A DNA stretch of 64,000 bases from Mytilus californianus (lineage: Eukaryota): contig NW_026262668.1 of the NCBI RefSeq assembly GCF_021869535.1, positions 31,124,001 through 31,188,000 of the forward strand, written 5' to 3'. The translations under genes and the position numbers were made by a program. Below the pieces are notes generated by a model. The model searched no databases. It saw only the letters and a program-made list of their open reading frames with translations, and had not been told where the DNA came from. The number at the start of each line of letters is the position of its first letter. Position 1 is the first letter of the stretch. Below are positions 13,259-27,690 of this stretch, piece by piece.

Positions 13259-15060
13259 CACTTATACGACCATTATGAATTTAAAAGCGTAGTCGTATTT
13301 AATTAATATCAGTAAATAATAAATTTCTACAATTTAGTAATCCAAATAAAAGCTATCAAAGTATAACACTTAATTTTTGTTAAAGTATTAAAAACATGAT
13401 AGAAAAAATAACTCTTTGTGCTAGCTATAGGATTATAACGATAATTGTTACATAGGTATGATATACTAAGGTGGTTAGGTTGTTGCCCTTTGTTATATTT
13501 CAATGTTGTTTTTTTTTTGTTTGTTATTTGTGTAATTCGGTGGTAACACAAGTTCTTTGATAGTTATCTATTCAATTATTCACAACTTTTACACCCGGGG
13601 CAATTTAAATGTTTACTTATGAAAAGACACCTTTCTATTGTTATTGACCGCAACTATGTTTACCTCTACATGTAAAATGTTCATTTATATGTCTTTTGAT
13701 TTTATATCTCGTTTGTTTGCTGTCTAATGGACATATCCGCAAAATTTTTATTCATGTATCCGTATTAACACAAAAATGTCATGGTCTTTGAAAATGAAAT
13801 CAGCCCAGAACAAAAGTATTACTTACAAGACATATAATGTTAAACACAATAATAACCCTTAATGTTCATGACCCCTTCTGTAGCCGTGTATATTTCGAAA
13901 TTTTCAAAGAGCAATAGTATCAAAACAGCAAAGATAATGAATAATAGAGATGTGCCATTTTAGACATATACCAGAGTGAAACTTCGTTCAAACCAATATA
14001 TTTTCTTGTTTTATTGACTTCAATAGAAAACGAGGATTTTGTGGCAAATAAAGCCAAGATTTTGCAGAAAATCCACCGACTTTAATACAGAGATTTTAGT
14101 TATAAAATTTAAAACAGATTACTCACTTGTTTTTTCATGATGTGCTAGCGTTTATTGTTTACCAAAAGTCCTAAACAACCTTTACATTCCAAAAATCCTC
14201 GTGTAGAGTGACTAAAGTCGAGATCACACTAGAAGGTGTACTTGAATTGGTCCATATTTATATTTTTTAACCAATATCTTAACTTATAAACTTGTTTTAA
14301 GGAAATCATTTCTAGCAATGCATGCAATAATACTCTATCTATCAAGCACCGGATTGTCAAAAATTAGGGTACAAGGGTAAAGGCTGTAGATTTTCTATAA
14401 AATTTCCATATGTTTAGCATTGAAACAACAGAATGGTACATTATCCTTAATAACTCTTTAATTTTAGCTTATGTACTTTGGCTATATGCCATTTAGTGTT
14501 TCTTTTTTGGAACAGTTATTTGTTTTTATAGTGATTAAAATTATACTACAATGTTGCCTGCTGTGTCTTAATTTATGACATTTTTACCTATTATGTCTGG
14601 TTGTTTTCAATATAATGGAATTCTATGCGACTGTCATACAAGTGAGAGGTTTAGCTAGCTAGCTATAAAACCAGGTTTAATCCACCATTTCCTACATAAG
14701 GAAATACCTGTACCAAGTTAGGAATAAGACAGTTGTTTTCCATTCATTAGATGTGTTTGAGCTTTTCATTTTGCCATTTTATAAAGGTCTTTCTGTTTTG
14801 AAATTCCCTGGGAGTTCAGTATTTTTGTTATTTTACCTCATATTACGCCTTCATGAATTAAAGGTGCAAATAGTACCTAAATGTGTTTGTTTTAAATCAA
14901 AAATTTATATCTAGATGGGGGTGCGTGACTGTGCTGTTGTAATTGTAGATAATTTTTTTAACATTGAATTGCAGCACAGCATTTCAGAAAAACCGTACTA
15001 CTTTTCAAAACAAAATGTTTCATTGCTTTAAGGAATTCAGATGGAATGATCAAAGTGCTG

Positions 15061-15068
15061 TATAAAAG
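15061..15068 (+). promoter_or_regulatory. Candidate TATA box of the HEPN-STAND-ankyrin gene
   Basis: TATAAAAG lies 48 bp upstream of the ATG at 15109. Confidence 0.35.
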
Positions 15069-15108
15069 ACGAAAAAGCTGACGATACAAGATTCAAGACA
15101 CTGACAAA

Positions 15109-15313
15109 ATGTCGACATTATCGGACAAAGAAGAAAATTATCTTCAATTGATCAGGCTGTTAAACAATTTTGCCATGCCAGCTTTGAGATTAAAATTTAA
15201 TCAGTATTTTCCTCCATCATTACTGACTGCCATATTAAAAAGAGAAGAGTCTAGACTTAAAGCCATGAGAATATTAACTGGAAAGCAGATGAAACTATTG
15301 TATCCAGCAACAG
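15109..15313 (+). CDS. HEPN-STAND-ankyrin protein, exon 1 (N-terminal part of DZIP3/hRUL138-like HEPN domain)
   Basis: ATG at 15109; MSTLSDKEENYLQLIRLL...QMKLLYPAT-G; phase-1 donor GTATAT at 15314. Confidence 0.8.
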
Positions 15314-15419
15314 GTATATATACTTTAAGTTATCTGATTAAAATCGTCCACCTGTGTCAATATTTAGGAAAAAATCAAATTATGAGGCAGACTTTTAAGT
15401 GTCGGTAATATCCTCTTAA

Positions 15420-16600
15420 ATGCATTTGGTATAGGTTATTGAGTAACTGGACATTATCATTGTATCTGTAAAGGTAAATTCAAACACTTTGAAAGATTTG
15501 TTTTGTCATTGAGAAGGTTTTGTATGAATTCTGCTTCACATGAGTATAAAAAACAAGTTAGTCAGTAGGGGTACACAACGAGCACACATTGAAATACTTC
15601 TGTCTGTTGAAATATCAATCCATCATACACAAATATATTGTCGAAGAAGAATTCAAGAATTTTGATGGTACCCTGTATCATCTTCGGTGTATTTGCTTTT
15701 GGAATCGGTGCGGAAAGAAACTGCAACGTTTTAAAAAGATTGTGACTGAAAAATTTTGGGCGACCTTTTTTTTAGAATTTAAAGAATCCACATCTGATTG
15801 ACACCACAGGTTGTATATACCTCATCACAAAATTCCCGACGGACATTTTTTTTACTATAGAAAGAATTGTGGAATGAACTTCAGGAAGATGTTTATTCGA
15901 ACATATTGACGACATGGCTACATGTATATACTATTCTTTCTAAGGTTTTTGATAAGGGTTGAGGTTTAGGTACCAAGTATAAAGACAGGATTTTTATCGT
16001 CCTTTTTATGTTAAAACCAAAGGAAATGAGAAATGATTTGTGATTTTTGGTAAATCCTTACTTTCGTTAATTATATTGGAATCCCAGTTTGATGTGAATT
16101 CCCAGTTCTTATGATTCAAAATAATGATGCATGCATATTAAAACAATATTGTTGGAGTATTTGTCTGCTGGAACATCATCATATTCGTCCTAGATGCATT
16201 GGAGCATGAACAACCTAGGGTTTCTTAAAAGGGTATGTCGTATTTTTTTAATGTGCTTCTGAAAGAAGACCGAACAGCTTTGATCTTTTAAGATAAAGTG
16301 TCCAGTTTTGGTTCATCTGGCTTGCGCTTTTCCAATTTTCTAGCATCGTCATCAACAGCATCCATCATTAACCTAAAGTTCTTCTTCAAGTTGGATAACA
16401 ACTCTCTAACTTGTTCGCTGTTTACGATACTAATGTATACAGTAATAACATGACCGGCGAGACTATATTTATTTGGGGACGAAGTATAAGAGCAAACAAG
16501 AGGTTTGGATTTTACATCCTTGAGGGTATAGGTCTCTTATAGCATTATTTAAGAGAAAGAATGGTCTCCTTGAAGGAGAATATTTAAAAAAAACTATTGT
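15420..16600 (-). mobile_element. Heavily decayed Naiad-type PLE RT in intron 1
   Basis: Residual FEFTFRYNDNVQLLNN (from FNFTFRYIDDVLSLNN), a degenerate CAPLLxxLFLYSxEAEFIQNL and VPADK. Confidence 0.55.
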
Positions 16601-17201
16601 CCATTAAAGATAATTTTCTTTTAAGAGCTCTTAGTCTTAAAAAAACCAATGTAATCTTTAAAAAGAGAAGAACCACTCTTGGTGATATGATGGTATACAT
16701 TATCATATGTATTCCATGTTTTGATACTATTACTTTTTATGGTTAGTAATTTGCGTGCGTTTTGTATTTTTGCAAGTTTGTTCGTCTTTTGTGTCAATAA
16801 AGATTTTTGTTTTGAAAAAAAAAACCAGTAACTCACTATGAGACCGATGTATGAAACACGACGTAAAACGATTACCATTTCTGACCAGATTTTTCTGATA
16901 TTGACCATAATGTACGACAGGCGTTTCAACCTAATGCAATTGCCAGTAATTGAAAGAAAAATTAAGCGGTCAATAATTATTTCATGTTAAAGAAATCATT
17001 ATTATACAGAAGGATAATATGGTAGGAACAAACTGCTGTTTAGGATAAAATAAATAAAAGTAAGAATTACTAGAATCGCGATCACAATTATAAAGCTCTT
17101 AATATAGGGTGCTCGGGGAAAACTATTTGCATTCAGTAAGCATCAGATCCTAAACTTTGTGATCAATTCATATTTACTTATTACTTCTGTCTCATTTAAA
17201 G

Positions 17202-17431
17202 GTGTGTCAGTTTCTGACGACTTCGACATCACACTAATGGTATGTCTCTTGCGTAATCTAACAAACATTGTACCACCAGTCAATGGATTTGATGTTCTTC
17301 CTCCAAATCATGATGTATGTGAAGGAGCAGACCTAGCAAGAATAAAATATTACCGGAATTTTGTATCCCATGAAAACAGAGGCAAACTTCCAACACACCA
17401 GTACAACGATATATGGGCAGATTTAGTGTCG
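17202..17431 (+). CDS. HEPN-STAND-ankyrin protein, exon 2 (HEPN core with RxxxxH)
   Basis: Acceptor TTTAAAG, phase 1 matching exon 1; FDITLMVCLLRNL...ADLARIKYYRNFVSH (RNFVSH at 17354-17371); phase-0 donor GTATGT at 17432. Confidence 0.85.
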
Positions 17432-18519
17432 GTATGTTTTGTCTGATATAAAGTGACACAAACAACAATATCAGTTGGCCTGTTATTGTCCTTTGATGTT
17501 TGTCCTCCAAAAAAAGTCCCTGGTGTAGACCGTGTATTTCTTTTTTTGTTTTTGTACACCTTCCTTATTTAATTCCAAATGTTTTATGCCTCGAAAAGCA
17601 AGTATGGGATGTAAGTACACTGTAAAAAACAATGGGTCATTGCCTTTTGGTTCTCATTGGTGGTTGTCTCAAACGTTACAATTAGAACTGATGTGATTGA
17701 AATATGCCCTATAACACGATTCCCCTGAGTTTGTTAGGTGTCCTCAACTAACAAATGACGAAAAAAAAAATCTTACATCCTTCTCCAAGTCAGAAGTGAG
17801 TATCGACAATATAAGCGTCTCCTTCTAGGCATATTCAACACCGATCTTATGTTTAATAGTTTAATGCATAACTATACTTGTATTGTTATCCAATTTTCAA
17901 TACATATGGTCCTACATCCTGTCCATATTTTAGCATTGTATAAGGTTCTGGGTGGTACGACCAGTTTTGAATGAATTCTCTAACAGGGACTTGGTGAGCT
18001 GAATTTAAAATCAATTTTGGCATTTGGGTCAACTGTCTACTTCATGATTCAAATATTCAATTTTCAAAATGGCAAATATTTGTAAAACCTTTATCAGTAG
18101 ATATATATAATTTTTGTCTGACCTTAAAAGTAAAGAACCACTAATTAGGGCCCAGTAAGAAAGAAGATACAAGAAAGTAGTACATATTGTAAACAAAATA
18201 GTTCCTGCGCATAGCTGTAACTTTGTCAAAATATTTGGGTAATCTTGGTATCAAATGAAAGCTTGAGGACTTGGGATCACTGTATAAATAAAGGCAACAG
18301 TAGTATACCGCTGTTCGAAATTCATAAATCGATTGAGACAAAAACAAATCCGGGTTACAAACTAAAACTGAGGGAAACACATCAAATATAAGAGGAGAAC
18401 TACGACACAACAGAAACACAACATTAAAATGTAACACCCACAGAAACGAACTATAATATAACAATGGCCATTTTCCTGACTTGGTACAGGACATTTTAAA
18501 AAAAAAATGGTGGGTTGAA

Positions 18520-20440
18520 ACAAGTACAAAGTTGAAGAGCATTGAGGACCAAAAGTTCCAAAAAGTTGTGACTAATACGGCTAAGGTTTTCTGTCTGAGA
18601 TAAGAACATCCTTATTATCTAGAATAATTCATACTTTTGCAAACAGTAAATTTATAAAAATGACTATATAATAGATATACATGATAACACCGAAGTGGTG
18701 ACTAACTACAGAATAAAAACGGATACATAAAACAACATAAACCAGCACATAAAAATTCACAGCCGAGTTAGCCAAAGAAACCAACGCACAAAGCGACGTC
18801 ACATTTGAATTTCTAAAAATTTCCCCAAAATAGGATAAAATTAGGATAGAATTCAAGATTAGGTTTGTAATACTCATATAACATTTATTATTAACAATGA
18901 AAATTACAATACTAATTAATATAAAATTGTGGTAGTAATTAGATAATTAATTGTATTATCTAGCTATGTCGGTGTTTCTTCTAAATCAAACTGTAAACCA
19001 AATATATCGTATAAGTTTAGTTGACCCAAACTAAAATCTAATAAATGAACTGGGTGATTAATTATCTTTACCATAACACCCGAATACAACAGAAGAAAAT
19101 AAGATTTACAACTACAAACGATAAGACAATTGACAAAATCCGATGAGAATAACAAATATAACATCAAAACTAAATACATGAATTTTGGATAGAAAAGTAC
19201 CGTGACACGTACCCGCGTCTTATAGCAATGCGAATTCACACTCAGCAAAACAGTCACAATCGGGAATAAGTCACGTTCGGTAATTAAAAGATCAGACGAC
19301 GTAATGTCAAACCACAATCTAACACGTGGTAAAAATGTCCTTAGTTAGTTTGGACAAAGACAAATCGTATGGATCAACCTATTCGTGATGGTGTCCGTAA
19401 AATTTACGGAGTGTCATTTTTAATCTGTCCTCCTCATAACTTTGTTGGAGCAGTTTCTGCGTTAGGAGCACACTCCTGTATATGAAGTCCGTATAGTGTG
19501 AACATGCACGAGCATAACGTATCAACTGAGATATGTAAACACCATACGAAGGGGCAGAGGGTATGTTACTGCTGAGAAATGGGAAATTGATAATTGGGAA
19601 GTTGAAATCGTCCCGTTTATCATAGATTTTCGTGTAAAGTCGTCCATCTGTGTCAATATTGAGGAAAAGATCAAGGTATGAAGCAGTCCTTCTTGTATCA
19701 GTAGTATCCTTAATTTCAAGTTCACTGGGATATATGAGATGTAAGTATTTCGCAAGGTGCTTTTTCTTTTTGCCTTTTAGAAGGTTCTGAATGAATTCTG
19801 CTTCATACGAGTACAAAAACAAACCGGCCAGTAGGGGTGCACAATTAGTACCCATTGGAATACCGACTGTCTGTTGAAATATAAATCCTCCAAACTCAAC
19901 AAATATATTGTCGATCAAAAAGTCCAGCATTTTGATAATATAATCTTCAGTATATTTTCTGGTAGATTCAGTGTGGTTCTTCACAAAATATGAATTATTG
20001 TAACCGAAAACAAGAAATTTGTATCTACGATTCCCATTTTTTATAGAAAAAGCTCTGTTTAATGAGATGGTGAAGTCGATCTTTCAATTGAGCATGGGGA
20101 ATAGTAGTGTAAAGCGTAGAAAAATCAAAAGTCTTTATGTTGCTGCAAAATTGCAAAGATTGTGATAGAAAATTAAGCAGTAGATCTTTCGAATTTTTGA
20201 GAATCCACATCTGGTTAACACCACTATACACATCACAATATTTTTGAAGCCCATATTTAACTGTAGAAAGAATAGTACTTTAGAAAGATGTTTAGTCGAA
20301 CATTTTGATGACCTAGCTATGTATCGTTCTTTATATGGAGTTTTGTGAAGTTTTGGTATCCAGTATAATGATGGTAAATTTTCTTCGTTTTCTTTGATGT
20401 TGATACCCCTTGTTGAAAGTTTGTTTTGATAATGAAAAAT
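18520..20440 (-). mobile_element. Second Naiad-type PLE in intron 2: 5'-truncated RT (19319-20440) with the YIDD motif deleted, plus 3' region
   Basis: YWIPKLHK, TFDFSTLYT, GIPMGTNCAPLLA, YGVYISQLIRYARAC. The 3' region ends in sequence (18520-18720) shared with the hammerhead-bearing repeats. Confidence 0.85.
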
Positions 20441-21129
20441 ATATAAAATCTTAATAGTAGGGTACATTTTCCCTGTTGTTTAGATCGGAAGTACATGTTT
20501 TTGTACTACCAAACTTCCAGGAACCAGTGCGCTCTAATATGCATTTAAAGCAAATTAAAGGTATGTTGAATTTTCCAGCACAAGCCATTAATAAGGTATA
20601 GTTTTGAAATGAAATGACTGCCACTTTATTTGAACTTAACGAGTCTTGTGTAGACAAAAGGCACGTTTGTAATTATATCTTTTATATTATTGTCAAATAA
20701 TGTGTTTAATCTAGATAGAGATTTATGAAACCTACTACATGTAGGTACTATTTCAATCGTTTAATATGTAAACAGAATAATGTTTAAAGTCCTTCACTGC
20801 AAATGCTTGGTCTATGTCTGACTTCAAACAATTAAGATCATAGTGGAGAGTTTAACGGAAATTTTGGGAATTTTAAAACAGAAACGAAATCCATTTGCAT
20901 ACATGTTTATTTAGATTGATAGTCTTTATGTTTTAACAAATTAAATATATACATAAATAACTTGAAACAAAATGGAGCGGCGTCACTAAAATGAGATAAT
21001 TTTTAAAAAGCAAAATAAAATATGCTATTTTTATGGAAAACGAATGATTTCCTTTTGTGACAAAGTATGTTAAGATTGTGTCGTATTTTATACACTAGTT
21101 TTCATCAATTATGAAACATGTACTTATAG

Positions 21130-21214
21130 GCTGTGGCTCGTCTCAATCCTACTATGCAAGTACTTTGTGATAGGTTGAAATTAGAGAAGCTGAAAACAGA
21201 GTGTCAGTGTCATG
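21130..21214 (+). CDS. HEPN-STAND-ankyrin protein, exon 3 (end of HEPN domain / linker)
   Basis: Acceptor TTATAG, phase 0; AVARLNPTMQVLCDRLKLEKLKTECQCH; phase-1 donor GTAAGA at 21215. Phases match exons 2 and 4. Confidence 0.75.
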
Positions 21215-22345
21215 GTAAGAAATATATAGCTTGAAAACAACAACAAAATTAAACACGTCGATAAAGTTTCGCTTATTGAGACCTGCCGAATTGCATTTCG
21301 GGAACTCAATTTGATTTCCGTTACTTTCCCTAATTTTCCGACGCCTGTGCCAATCATGTTTTCTAGATTTATGTTGATTTATGGTAAGAAAAAAGACATT
21401 CATAAATCTTCGGTTATATGATGCATAACTTCCTTCTGATGACTTACCGAGGTAGTTTTACATAGGTGTCATTTGTAGTAAAAGAACTGCTGAATGCACT
21501 CTGATGTTGTTGGTGGTGCTTGTGTTATTCACAGTCTAGTTTTTTGTGGAATGCTGATTGTCTTTCCGTAGTTTTACTTTTAAGCAATCCAGTCGTTTGT
21601 TTTGATACGGCTTATGGTTCTTTTTGTGTTTCCTCCCTTGGGATATTATACTTTTTAGGGGTTCAACTTGGGATTTGATTGACCGATGAATTGTATGGTC
21701 ATCTCATGATTCGAAGTATTATGGGGCGCTTTGTATACAAAGATCTGTAATTCAATGTATACTTGGCAGTGACTCATAAATTACATGCTTAAAGAATAGA
21801 ATAAAAAAGGATATTTAATGCTTTTCTACGACATTAACGAAGAATTACAAATTTGTCCTCTAACCGATGATAATATACTCTTAGCACACAGTCTATCATA
21901 AAACCATTGCAAAACAGTCCACAAGGGTATCATCCGATTTGATTGAAACTTAGTGTGCTTAAACGACATTATGAAATAAGTCCATTAAACAAATGTTTCA
22001 TCTGGTTCCCATCACTGGAAGTTTAGAGATGCTATAAAGCATCAGGAACCAGTTTATCCCTGTTGAAAAAAGTATTGACAAACCCACCAAACTCCAAGGT
22101 AAATTCAAAAAGGGGAAGCCTATAAAACCCGACACAATCAAAAGTTAGGTAATATCAACCAACGGAACGAATGGAAAACAACTGCCATATTCCTGATGAC
22201 TAGGTACATGTATTTTTCGAAGAAATGTTTTGTTAATCCTGAATATATAGCTAGCTAAACTTTCCACTCGTATGTCAGTTGTTTATATTTCTAATTATAA
22301 TAACAATCTTTATTGTCATATAAACAAATGAAACATGTTAGTGAC

Positions 22346-22520
22346 AAAAACATACATATATATATATATGAATGCAATATAAATTGAACATGGATTATTA
22401 ATCATTAATGCAGTCAAGAAATATATATATATATATATATATATATTTAAAATATACTTTTTCACTTTTTTGGTGTTTTGGAAAATGTTTTTTGTGCTGT
22501 ATTTAGATATATATATATAT
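22346..22520. repeat. (TA)n microsatellite tracts at the 3' end of the intronic LINE
   Basis: Three TA runs near 22346-22360, 22411-22446 and 22507-22520. Confidence 0.8.
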
Positions 22521-25500
22521 AAAACATGAAAAATTAAGCTGCTTCTGTCCTCAGTTCTAATGACTGTTTAACAAAATAGCCGATTAGTTTCACATGTTCT
22601 GTAGATATAGGGTTTAATATTTTAATAACTTTTTGGTCTTTTGGAAGTGACATAAATTCGTTTTCCCATTTTAATTTTGTAAACAGATCCAATCTTAATT
22701 TATTATTTATTCAACACTCCACAACTCTAAATTTTACAAAAGTTTAAATGAACTTTTTCAGTGGGAGTTTTGTCTATAAAATAGAATGGATCCAAATTTT
22801 TCCCACTTTTTTCAGCCCGAATTGTAGCCCTGTGATAGGTCAAATAACTATTCATATATGAAATTTCTGAGTTGTAAGTCAACACAGGGCGTACTAATGT
22901 GTCAAAAAGATTATTTGACACATGCATAGGAAGATTTGCCAGAGAGGAAGATTTAGCTTTTATAGAAAACACGTCAAGACTATTTTGGCCTTTCTAGCAG
23001 ATCCTCTAAACTATGATTCAGGGTACCATTACTTTTAAGTAGCGAACCTAAAAACTTGTATTCAGTAACATTTTGTAAAAAAATATTTTTATAATTAATA
23101 AATGATTCCACATTACTATTACTGTAATGTTGAATAACCATACTTTTGTTTTTTTTAATATTGAGCGTGAGCTTCCAGTTATCACAAAAAACACTCAGGT
23201 TATTTACACTGTTTTGAAGACCTTCTTTACTCTCTGAGAGTAAAATTAAATCATCAGCAAATAAAAGGGATCCAACGTTTAAATCAACTAATTTAGGTGG
23301 CTTAGAGTCTTCATTTGTAGTGACTTGCACTTAATCATTAATAAAAATATTGAAAAGAGTGGTACTGATAGAGTCCCCCTGTTTGACTCCTCTGAATGTT
23401 TTAAATGAGCTTGTACAAAGATTATTCAGTTTCAGAGCTGTTTCAGTTCTAGAAAATTGATTTTTTATTACATTAAATAAATTCTTCCAAACCCCAATTT
23501 TTGCTAATTTATTAAGCAATCGATTTCTCCATACTGAATCAAATGCTTTTTGTAAATCTATAAAGCATATAAAAAGTTTTCTTTTATTCTGATGTATATA
23601 TCTATTAATGATAGTTTTCAAAATCAATAAACTGTCTGAGGTTTTGTGATCTTTCCTGAATCCAAACTGAGAGTTTGAATATTTATCTTTCATTAAAGAT
23701 GTTAGCCTCTTATTCATGACAGCACTAAATAATTTTGAAATACAATTCACAAGTGATATTCCTCTATAATTAGATGGGTCAGACTTACTCCCAGACTTAT
23801 GAAGAAGAGTTAAATAAGATTTATTCCACTGTGCTGGATAAATTCCAGTTTTCAATATCAAGCTAAATAATTTTGAAATAGAAGTCAATGTAACAAGCCT
23901 GCTGTGTTTAATTATTTCATTTATGATGCAATCTGGTCCACTGGTTTTCCCTTTCTTTAATTTATTCAATACAAGCTTAATTTCCATTATTGTTATAGAT
24001 TTATCTGTCTCAGAATTGTATGAGAGACTTTTTTCAAAGTTAAGTAAACTATCATTTATAGTAATTTCAAAATTTTTATTTTCATCAACACAAATTCCTT
24101 GATCTTGAACATGTTTTATAGTTTTATCAATATCTTCAAGTAATTCTTTTATACCGTCCTCTTGGTCTTCATCTTTATCTTCAAGAGATCTCAAAATTTT
24201 CCAAAATTCTGCGGAATTGCTCTGTAGAGTATTTAAAGGTTTAGCACACTACAGTTCTTTATATTCCCTCTTTTTCTGTTTAACATTTTTCTTGAAAGAC
24301 TAAGTTATAAAAGTATCTCTGTTTTAGATTGTTATTAAATGGCTCTATCCTTATTTGGCTTGAAAGTGAGTTAGGAACTTTCTTTTGTTCATAAATAGAA
24401 TAATTTGACCATTTTTGTTTTATTATTTTCCTTTTCTTTTCTTTTTTCTTTTAGGTCTTACCATTTTACAAGACTCATCCGCTATATCACAAAACAATTA
24501 ATTTAGATCTTCTGTAGCTTCGTCGACTCCTTTTTGATTTTCAGAAAAAGAATTATTTTCAAAATCAATAATTTTTCATTGCATATTTTCACTAGAAAGT
24601 GCATCAATAATTTTATAACTTGATTCATTTGACCACTTATAACCTTTGGTTGCATTCCAGCCAGTAAAAATTTAGTGTTTAAAATTTTCTTGTTTGAAAT
24701 TGCATTTTACCATCACTTTAATTTGAGCATGGTCGGACAAATAGTTAAAATCTTGAGTAATAAAATAAAGAACTGAGGAAAGAAGACTTTCACTTATTAT
24801 GGCATAATCAACACTACTTAAGCCATTTTGAGTCAAACAAGTTAAAAATCCTAATGAGTCACCTAAATACCTGCCATTTAGTATTCTGAGTCTAGAAGAC
24901 ACACACATATCTAATAAATGTTTACCATGATTATTAAATTTTTTGTCTTGATTATTTCTTTTCAGGACTTAATCTATAAGATAATTTTGCGGTAATACAT
25001 TTCTTTCACAAAAATCATTTAAATCTATAGAATCATTTGTGATATAACCAGGATTTAGACTTGTTCGTGAATTAAAATCACCAATGAAGAGAATTTTCCC
25101 TCTATTTGCAAAAAAAACCTAATTTCATTTTCTAAAGATTCGAAATAATTTTCATAATGATTTGAATTTGATGGGGGTATGTAAACTGTACATAAATATA
25201 AATCTTTATCAAAACCAAAAATGTTTCTATCAAGTTTTAACCAAAGTCTATTTTCAGATGTGGTTCCTTTTTCTACATATGTTATACCTTTAGATAATGT
25301 TTTTCTGTATAATACAATTATACCACTACTATTCCTTCTTGCTTTCTTTTTTTTTCTTTCTACATTTAGATATTGAAACATAATCTGGTAGATTAGTTTT
25401 TTGATTAACTCCAGTCCATGTTTCTGTAAGAATATTAATATCACTGTTTAATTTTTCCAAAAATAATTGATCATTCATTTTATCACCCAAACCACGAACA

Positions 25501-26900
25501 TTCCAGGCAGATATAGATAGCTGACTCAAGTTTGTATTCATATTTAAACGATTTAGTATTAAACTTGTAATGGACAAGAAATCAAATATGACTGAAATCT
25601 ATTAACCTATTAATTTTTTGTATACATTCATTTTTATACATATAAAGAGAGATAACTCTGTTTTTCTATTTGTTAAGTAACTTGGTATGTTTTGAGTAAT
25701 TTATGAATATTTTTTTTAATTAAACAATTAACCATAAAAGAAATGTGATTACAAAATTATAAAATACAAACACTTTGAAAGAGGTTTTCCTACATTTCAA
25801 ATCATCATGATCATACCATGGTGATTATTTCCTCTCAAGCTAAAATGCTATAAAAATATATATGTTTTTTTTATTTATTTCTCAATTCGAACATCTATTA
25901 TTATGTAATTTTCTTCCCTGAAATATTTTTGTTCTGCTCTTTCAGAGCCGTCTCTGGATATAAACATAGTATGTTCTAAATTGTTGAAAATGGGGAGTAC
26001 AGTGTATTTATTAAAACAAAGCAAAATAATGTTAATACAAATGTCTATACCTTTACACATATAAACTACATTTACTTGTTATTTCTATATTGGGTTTCTT
26101 AAAACAATTATTTAAGCATCAATCCCTGAAAAAGTTATCAAATTTATAAAATGACATGTTTAAATGTTTAAAGAAAATTAACTACTAACAAAACTGTCTT
26201 GTAACACATCTTAAACACAAGCAAAACTATAATTTTCTATCTTGACCCATGCCATTTTCTGTCATGTAATAATATTTGAAGTAAGTTATAAATGTTATCA
26301 TCGTTACTACTTCCCGAATACTGATTTCTAGTGTCATACGTGTTCCTCCAATTCTGGTGATTTTAGCTCCTACTAGATAGCGGCACTTGTTTTAGCCTAT
26401 TATCATATGTAGTGTAGCCTTTGTCTGCAAAGTTCTGATTTGTATAATTGTTTGCATAGAAGAATGGCTTTCCATAGCTTTTTGAGTTCTTGGTTTGGTT
26501 TACCACAGACTTCAAGTTTCTAACATAGTTTTTTATACCATTTTCATTTAGGTGAATTCCATCATAGTAGTCCCTTTGATGCATGTCTTCAAAATATATC
26601 AGTTTCAAATCCCTATCATGACATTTTTTTAACAGGATATTAAATTGACATCGTTTAATTTCATATTCTTCTGTTTTGTAATGTTCCCTATAAAAACGGT
26701 GTAAAATTTGTCCAAGAACAATTTTGGACTCTGGATAATTTCTAGTTATTTGTTCCACTAAGTCTTCATATTGACCAATTACCTCTTCAACGTCACCTTC
26801 TTCCGGGTCATTTGACCCTATCTGTAGCATTATAACACTTGTCTCATTGTTTATTATTATAGTTCCGTTTCATTGACAAAATTGGATGAGAAACCCAAAC
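22500..26900 (-). mobile_element. Near full-length decayed LINE (RTE-X/CR1-group) with SGNH esterase-like ORF1 and APE-RT ORF2, in intron 3
   Basis: ORF1 remnant has QIGSND...YDGIHL. APE: SISAWNVRGL, LTETW, SSVDYAI, SDHAQI. RT: NYRGISL, FIDLQKAFDSVWR, GVKQGD, LLFADDL. Several frameshifts. Clade assignment is tentative. Confidence 0.85.
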
Positions 26901-27439
26901 CAACAAAAGGTAATATTTTACATGAACACTACCAATTTATGAACCTTTAAATTCATGAATGAGGAAACCAAAAAAATGTGAGTTATTTAAAGGGAGGTAA
27001 TCCAGTAAAAAATAATTTAAGAAAATCGCAAAAGTACATAGTTTTGAAACTAACCAGTCTTTGGTCCATTAAACATACAAAAATTATACATCCATTTGTT
27101 TTTTTTAAGAAGAGTTAATAATACATGTACCTAATAAAATGTGTGTGCTCTAGTTTAAGTACTTTCTAGAATTTTCCTTATAAAATGCCTAAAGTTACAA
27201 TTTCACTCGATGAATAAATAAATTTATATCAATCTGTAGATAATTTTGGAAATGTAAGTGTAACTTGCTCAAACGCATTGTTTAATTAACCAGGTTAGTC
27301 AAAGCAACAATGAACATATTACAATAGCAATATCTGATGCAATACATATTGATTTTCTATGGTACATTGGATCAATCAATTAATCGTAACCGCAATTCTG
27401 TCCTCTTTTTTTCGAATGTGACCTATCGATTTGACTTAA

Positions 27440-27690
27440 TATCAGGTTTGTACTCAAATAAGCAACACGATGGATGCCACATATAAAGCAAAATTAGCAT
27501 TCCTTTCCGGATTACCAGAGATCACCAGCGGATTTCGGTAGGGTTCGTGTTTCTCTGTCTTTAGTTTTCGTTGTTGTATTAAGCTATATAAAGTGTTCTG
27601 TTGTTTGTCGTTTGGTCGGTTTTCGTTTTTTGCAATAGCATTGTCGGTTTGTTTTCAACTTATGAGCTTGAATATCCCTTTCGATACTTT
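27440..27690 (+). repeat. Diverged copy of the Naiad-type 3' region (same family as 6795-7192)
   Basis: AGCAACACGA...GAGATCACC...GGGTTCGTGTT...GTCTTTAGTTTTC aligns by eye to the reverse complement of 6830-7100. Confidence 0.65.

Noticed and set aside
15314-15408. Read-through extension of exon 1 in the ORF track; likewise the intronic ends of ORF 17159-17446
   Set aside because: Similarity to HEPN stops at the splice sites and the extensions are AT-rich intron sequence.
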